Of a stretch of DNA of 64,000 bases, positions 57,446 through 64,000 are shown one piece after another. A program made the position numbers and the translations under genes. The stretch spans positions 92,442,001 through 92,506,000 of the forward strand of contig OX597820.1 of assembly GCA_951406725.2 (NCBI GenBank), read 5' to 3'. Positions within the stretch are counted from its first letter, which is position 1. Each line of letters begins with the position of its first letter. The notes beneath the pieces were generated by a model, which saw only the letters and a list, made by a program, of their open reading frames with translations, was not told where the DNA came from and did not search any database. This DNA comes from Octopus vulgaris. Lineage: Eukaryota.

Positions 57446-57750
57446 TGTGTGTGTGTATACCGTATCCACATATACAAACACGTTTATATAAATACATATA
57501 TGTGTGTGTGTCACAATATATGCAATCAAGTAATTCGATAGTACTCGTAAAATGGCTCTTTAATGTATCATTGTACACACCATATAGAGTTTATAGCAAC
57601 ATAAAAGGGAAAAAGATAAGGATTGTATAAAGTCATAAATGACAGCGAAATATTTTGATGAACTTTTATTTAACAAAGAAAAAAAAATTCCAAGTATGAT
57701 AACAAATTTGTTTCATAACTAAAAAAACCTTGCAAATAACTGATATCATC

Positions 57751-57868
57751 ATATCTAATAATAAATAAATAACTTATCTAATACTAAATAAATAACTTAT
57801 CTATAACTAAATAAATAACTTATCTAATAATAAACAAATAACTTATCTAATACTATATAAATAACTTA
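57751..57868. repeat. AT-rich minisatellite, about 21-26-bp unit containing AAATAACTTATCTAATA
   Basis: About 5 imperfect tandem copies. Confidence 0.75.
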
Positions 57869-58456
57869 TATGTCAGCATTATTGCAAAATGCAAAAAAAG
57901 AGAAAATCGTTGAAAATAATGAAGGTGAAAGACAGTTTTTTTTATTAAAAATAGTATACATAACAAAACGCAGAGTGAGAATTTTAAAATAATTATCGAA
58001 AACAATAATGACAACATTAATACAGATTAATAAGAAGATATTTATTCTATAATTGCTGTCTTCCATAATTCTTTCAAAATTTTGACTCTGCGTTCTTATA
58101 TCATTACGTAGACTATTTGTTCTTTTACAAAACAGTTCCTTGTAGCAGGTGACGTGGCCCAAATTCTGCATTATTTTGAACGAAAAATTTTAACAAGCAT
58201 CTGAGTTCGAAGCACTCCTCACGAACGCACGTTTGTGAGATGGTTGTGATATATAAACAGTTTTGAATAAGAACCAGAAAGCGAAGCAGGAACACGCAAT
58301 GCGCATGTGAAAACTCAATTTATAAAACGGAAGAGCAAAATAACAACGCAATGCGCATATCAAAGTATAACGGAGGAGGATGATAACACGAGTTATATGA
58401 TGGTTTGCATGCCACGGCTGACACCAGTATGACGCAGCTTCGTTATAATTTCAATG

Positions 58457-58833
58457 TGGAGGCGCAATGGCCCAGTGGTTAGGGCAGCGGACTCGCGGTC
58501 ATAGGATCGCGGTTTCGATTCCCAGACCGGGCGTAGTGAGTGTTTATTGAGCGAAAACACCTAAAAGCTCCACGAGGCTCCGGCAGGGGATGGTGGTGAT
58601 CCCTGCTGTACTCTTTCACCACAACTTTCTCTCACTCTTACTTCCTGTTTCTGTTGTTTCAAGGGGCCGGCTTTGTCACTCTCTGTGTCACGCTGAATAT
58701 CGCCGAGAACTACGTTAAGGATGCACGTGTCTGTGGAGTGCTCAGCCACTTACACGTTAATTTCACGAGCAGGCTGTTCCGTTGATTCGGATCAACCGGA
58801 ACCCTCATCGTCGTAACCGACGGAGTGCTTCCC
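58457..58833 (+). mobile_element. SINE family F with alternative 3' half and 12-bp TSD
   Basis: tRNA-like head with TCG in the anticodon position; ATAATTTCAATG at 58445-58456 and 58834-58845. Confidence 0.85.
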
Positions 58834-59511
58834 ATAATTTCAATGATATAGACATGTAAGCAATTTCTTTATTATTGAATAGGATAATATAAATTATTTG
58901 CACATTTTGGGGTTACGAAACAAATTAGTCGTGACATTTGGATTTCTGTTCATCTAAATATTGCTCTACCATTTATGACTGTGTGTGTGTGTGTGTGTAC
59001 AAACACTCGCACACAACGTAGTGAAATTAATTTTAATCAAAGATTTGAAGCATCACTATTGACTCAGTACTAAACAAAAAGGCCCACAATATTTTTATTC
59101 CTATTTTTAACGCACATCTACCATTTCCCTCTCATCCACATAATTCATATCCAGTCCTATATCTCTGGAAATTGCTAATATCCGTTCCATTAACCGTTAC
59201 TTATATATAAACATGGAGTATAAATTAATTCAAAAGTAACTGAAATCTCCATATTTCCTAGCATATGTGCGTTTATATGTGATCTATCAGAAGTCCAGCC
59301 AGAAACAACAACCAAACTGCTCACAAATAATAATCCCCACTTTTATTTCTATGAAAGACATTATTATATAACAAAACGGGATTATCTGGACTAGAGCATT
59401 CTTAAAAATAGATCATTTGTATCAAAACTGAGCTATTGCTAAGCAGATCTATAATTTAGAAGTTTATATCTATTAGCTTCCAAATTGAAAAATGTGACTG
59501 TAAATTCTATG

Positions 59512-59702
59512 ACGGTGAGCGGGGCGGAATTTTTAGCACGTTGGGCAAATTGCTTAGCGGCATTTCTTCCTTCTTAACATTTTGTGTTCAAATTCTCCCG
59601 AAGTCGATTTTACCTTTCATTCTTTCGGAATCAATGAAATAAGTACTAGTTGAGCAGTGGGATCGATGTAATCGACTTATACCGCCCTCAGAATTGCTGG
59701 CG
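59512..59702 (+). mobile_element. Old family B-related SINE (similar decayed copies near 2258, 7960, 13480, 20840, 32600, 44780)
   Basis: Degenerate head, GTTCAAAT box and TTTCATTCTTTCGG domain. Confidence 0.6.
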
Positions 59703-60833
59703 TTGATTCTCTTTGTTGACCTTCAATTACGCACAGTTAAACACTGCAGTGAGAGTATCTTATTTTGAAAGAACTGAAACACCAAATAGCATTGGAAAGC
59801 ATCATCGATGTTGTGATCAGATACATCACAGAATAATGCATGCAAAAACGACACACACTCACACACACATAAGTATATTCAAACACGCAATAATTCATAC
59901 GCTCATAGGCATGTACATATGTGTTTTGTGTTTCAATATAAATATATGAAGTGTACGTATGCATGTATTTATATCTATTGCATTCCATACAGGAATTTCT
60001 GAAGCAAAAAATTGGTTTTTGCAAATTTCCTATGAGTCAGTCACTAATCCACAATATTCATGGCAATGAGCGTAATAAAAGAGCATGTACCTATAAATGT
60101 GCATTTTCCGAAAAAGTGGTTCACCGGTTTCTGAATATCGTTCACTAAAAAATAAAAGCTGAAATTATATGTATTATGGATTTTCTCTTTGCGTAAGAGA
60201 GCACAACACAGCGTTACTGCGCAGAGAACGTGTCATCCGCTGAGTCATCTGAACAATATCCAGACGAGTGTCTTGACTCACATATCCACACCTCCCCCAG
60301 AATATTACTGCTGGCTAACAACGGGGTTGTTACGATATTCCTAACAACACATGATCTATAGATATATAAGTGCAGTTTTTGCATTTGCCGGATTGAATAT
60401 CAAAATTTCAAACAAAAACCATAGCAGGAAATTCATTACCGACCATAGATATATTTATGATTCAACGATAATACGAGAAAGAGTTGTAGTCACGAATCGC
60501 CAGAAGGCCACCTCAGGATCTAAGACGCTCACCAAAACTTTCGTATGAATTCCAAATTTCCTCTAGTATATTCGATTATTGAAATAATGTATCAAATACG
60601 TTTTTGAAATCTACTTTCCTTGAATATGAAATGTAAATTAAGATTGATTTATATTTTTAGTTTTATTCGTATGGAAACACATACCTTATATCACAATTTA
60701 CTGATCTATCTAAAGATTTTCAAGTATTTCGAGTGTTTGTCGAGTAGTCTCTCCACTTTGTTCATCCAAATATATACATAGATATATACAGAAAACCAGG
60801 CACACACACACACACACACACACATACACACAC

Positions 60834-60873
<40 letters not shown>

Positions 60874-61231
60874 TTATGTACATATGCATGTAGGTATATA
60901 GTTGCATATGTGTATATGTACGCATATATACATACATACACAAACACATACTTAAGTGCATATAAGTGGAAACGAAGGGAATACTCAATACTGAAAGTAG
61001 TAATATAATCTTTAGGAAGATGAAACCACACAAATCATTATTCACACATACACGGACTCAATGACACTATACGCTTATGGGCATGCCTATATATATGTAT
61101 ATGTATATGTGCCTATATATATGTATATATATGTATATACATATATATATATATATGTATACATACACACACATGTAAGTGTGTGCGTGTTTGTATGTGT
61201 GGATGTATCTATCTATATATCTATCTATCTA

Positions 61232-61264
<33 letters not shown>

Positions 61265-61321
61265 ATATATTTATATGTGTTTGTGTCCGCGCGAATGCGT
61301 ATGCGTGCTTAAACACACACA

Positions 61322-61374
<53 letters not shown>

Positions 61375-61523
61375 TTATTTATTTATATGTATATGTATAT
61401 ATATACATATATATATTCATATGTATATATATATATATATATACACATACATATGTATATATGCATATGCGTAAACATAGGGTAGGTATAGATACCTTAC
61501 ATATACATATATATATATATATA

Positions 61524-61918
61524 CTAGCAGTATCGCCCGGCGTTGCTCGGGTTTGTAAGGGAAATAACTATATAAGCATTTTTAGAGAGTTATAGCCAAA
61601 AAATAGCAAAAAAATGCATTAAAAATTGAAAAAAAATTAAGGTAATTTTTTTTTTAAATCGTTGACACATCGTAGATATTTTTAGAGAGTTACTTCCCTT
61701 ATATAATAACGAAAAATATGCATTAAAATGGAAAAATATGATGGTAAATTTTTTTAAATCGTAGACTCATCGTAGACGCGCGCTAATACCCAGAAGGGCT
61801 CGATATGAATCACGACTATAAGATACCCGCTTTTGGTTAAACTACACCGCAAAATGTGGGAGTAGTTACGAATCTAAATCGTAGGAGACAGACACACAAC
61901 TTCACTCTTATATATAAA
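61524..61918 (-). mobile_element. Non-autonomous Helitron
   Basis: Minus-strand 3' end CCCGAGCAACGCCGGG hairpin followed by CGATACTGCTAG|T; 5' end TATATATAAGAGTGAAG with (TGTC)n. Confidence 0.8.
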
Positions 61919-63593
61919 TATATAAGCCACGTCGGGCGGCTTGGTCACATTAACCAAAATTTTTTTCGGGCGGTTTATATATACAGAGTAAAATAAAAAC
62001 CAATTTACCTTTTCTGTATTGTTATTCGAACGTCCGTGTGTCTTTGCAAATGTGTTGGAATGATAAGTGAGTTGTGATTTGGCGCCTTTTTTACTAATAA
62101 CAAACACACACGTGTTTGTATGTAGTTGTTTGAAACGTTTGTGTTTGCCACTCTCATATATGTATGTGTATGCGTGTGTGTGAGGAATGACACACACACA
62201 CACACTCACGCACGCACACATGTACATCAATGCTTTTATGAGCGTCATAGAGAGAAACAAATATTACATCGCCATCGCCATCGCATTCTATTTTCTACCT
62301 GTCAACACACAGTGAATTAGTTTCAGTTTATTCATTGCACACTGTGTGTGTGCGTTTGCGTGTGCTGTAAACCAGACTAAGAAAAGCATTTGACACACAC
62401 ACCAGAATGTGAGTTTTCTGTAAATTTTGCTTAATTGGAGTTTAAATTTTAAAAACTGGACCTGGCATGACGCGATGCATTGTACTCTTAAAACTGCTAG
62501 GTAAATTGTAATTGAAGAAATCCTATATTGTAGATTTGTATAACTCCCAAAGGGAGGCAGATAAAATCTGCCTTTTATAATAAGAGATATATGTATATAT
62601 ATATGTACATACATATCGTGCGTGTGTGTGTTTGTGTGTCTATGTTCATGTTGTAGTGTTTTATAAGAACGTGCGTATATATTTATGTACGTATGCACCT
62701 ATTTCATCGAGTATGCCTTTGTGTGTTTACTTTCAAATATTAATATCAAAATTTAGATTTGAATATTTATAAAGCTTTATGTGCGTATAAAAAAATATAT
62801 ATTTAATTATGTGTATGTGCGCGCGCGTATGTGTGTGAATATGTGAGTGTGTTAGTGCATGTATGTGTGTGCATATGTGAACGTGTGCGTGTTATTAAGT
62901 GGGAGTATGTGTGTTCGCGTGTGCACTGAAACAGGAAGAGCCAGACAACAAACCTTGTATGAAGGATAGAGACTGATAGAACGTAACAAGCGTGAGTGAA
63001 ACAGCAGACTATACCCATGTTACAGCTGAAGGAATCGCAATAATATTAAGCTTCGTTCCATTAGTTCTTTTTTTTTTTTCTTTTTAGTATGTCGCTCTTC
63101 TAATTAATTACATGGTGAATTCAGTATGAAATTTCGAACACAAGTAAAATATATTGGATACGTTGTTGTTGAAATTATGATTCCAGTTTGTATGTGAAAC
63201 GATGTCCAAGACACGCAGGTGACAACAAACTAGAAAGATAACTAATAAACACACACTCACACACAGACACGATTACACGCACACACGAACACAAACGCAC
63301 ACACGCAAGCACAGACATGTGTATGTATATATATATATAGATAGGTAGATAGAGAGATAGATAGATACATACATACATAGACAGATAGATACATTATATA
63401 CTTATATATACATATTATGTATATATATATGTACATATATATACGTATATATATATGCATATATATGCATATATATACATATATATGCATATATGCATAT
63501 ATATATATATATATATATGTAGGTCCCGGGTTGATTCGGGGTTAACCACAGTAAGTAAGGTACTCAATACATAGCAGAGTAAAATTAATTTAT

Positions 63594-63703
63594 TATATAG
63601 AAGGAGCTTCTACAGGACTAGTACTGTTTCATTCAAGAGAAATCTTCAGGAAGCTTCCTGAAGATTTCTCTTGAATGAAACAGTACTAGTCCTGTAAAGC
63701 TCC

Positions 63704-63712
<9 letters not shown>
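63594..63712. ncRNA. Near-perfect palindrome encoding a type I HHR on each strand
   Basis: Centre GGAAGCTTCC. Minus strand: GCUUC-CUGAAGA-UUUC UCUU GAAU-GAA-ACAG uacuaguc CUGU-A-GAAGC. The plus copy lacks one G in stem I. Confidence 0.8.
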
Positions 63713-63762
<50 letters not shown>

Positions 63763-64000
63763 TATATATATATAGTGTAATAAATATATGCATACATACA
63801 AACATATATGTACGTACCGACATCTACATGTATATATACATGCATATATATACGTACAGGACACCACAAAAAGACGTAAACCTCAACAGAAACGAAAACG
63901 GAAAAGCCATTTTGTTACAACAGAAGGACATAGACGTGGAACAGGACGAGAACGAAAACGGGAAAAACATTATTTACAACAGAAAAACAAGGTACAGGAC

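Noticed and set aside
57751-57868. CRISPR-like array
   Set aside because: Contiguous AT-rich tandem units with no unique spacers, no cas genes, and a eukaryotic context.

Overview
AT-rich animal genomic DNA, dense in microsatellites; the repeat content suggests an octopus or other cephalopod (inference). No host gene can be called with confidence. There are only a few weak minus-strand micro-exon candidates, and most ORFs in the track are microsatellite artefacts. The window is a mosaic of mobile elements: Helitron derivatives, two decayed R4/Dong-type non-LTR elements next to (TAA)n, a 5'-truncated CR1/L2-group LINE with an open 603-aa RT frame, several tRNA-derived SINE families (some with clear target-site duplications), two maT/mariner relics, MITEs, and at least three Penelope-like (PLE) coding relics. 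The most notable signal is a set of type I hammerhead-ribozyme (HHR) motifs, about 5 near-canonical plus 2 core-variant and several decayed. They lie in PLE-derived or non-coding elements, mostly inserted in (TA)n tracts, and many are arranged as inverted pairs. Examples are a perfect 268-bp inverted repeat, a 119-bp double-HHR palindrome, and a 364-bp retrozyme-like tandem. All calls were made by eye from the sequence; no searches or folding programs were run.
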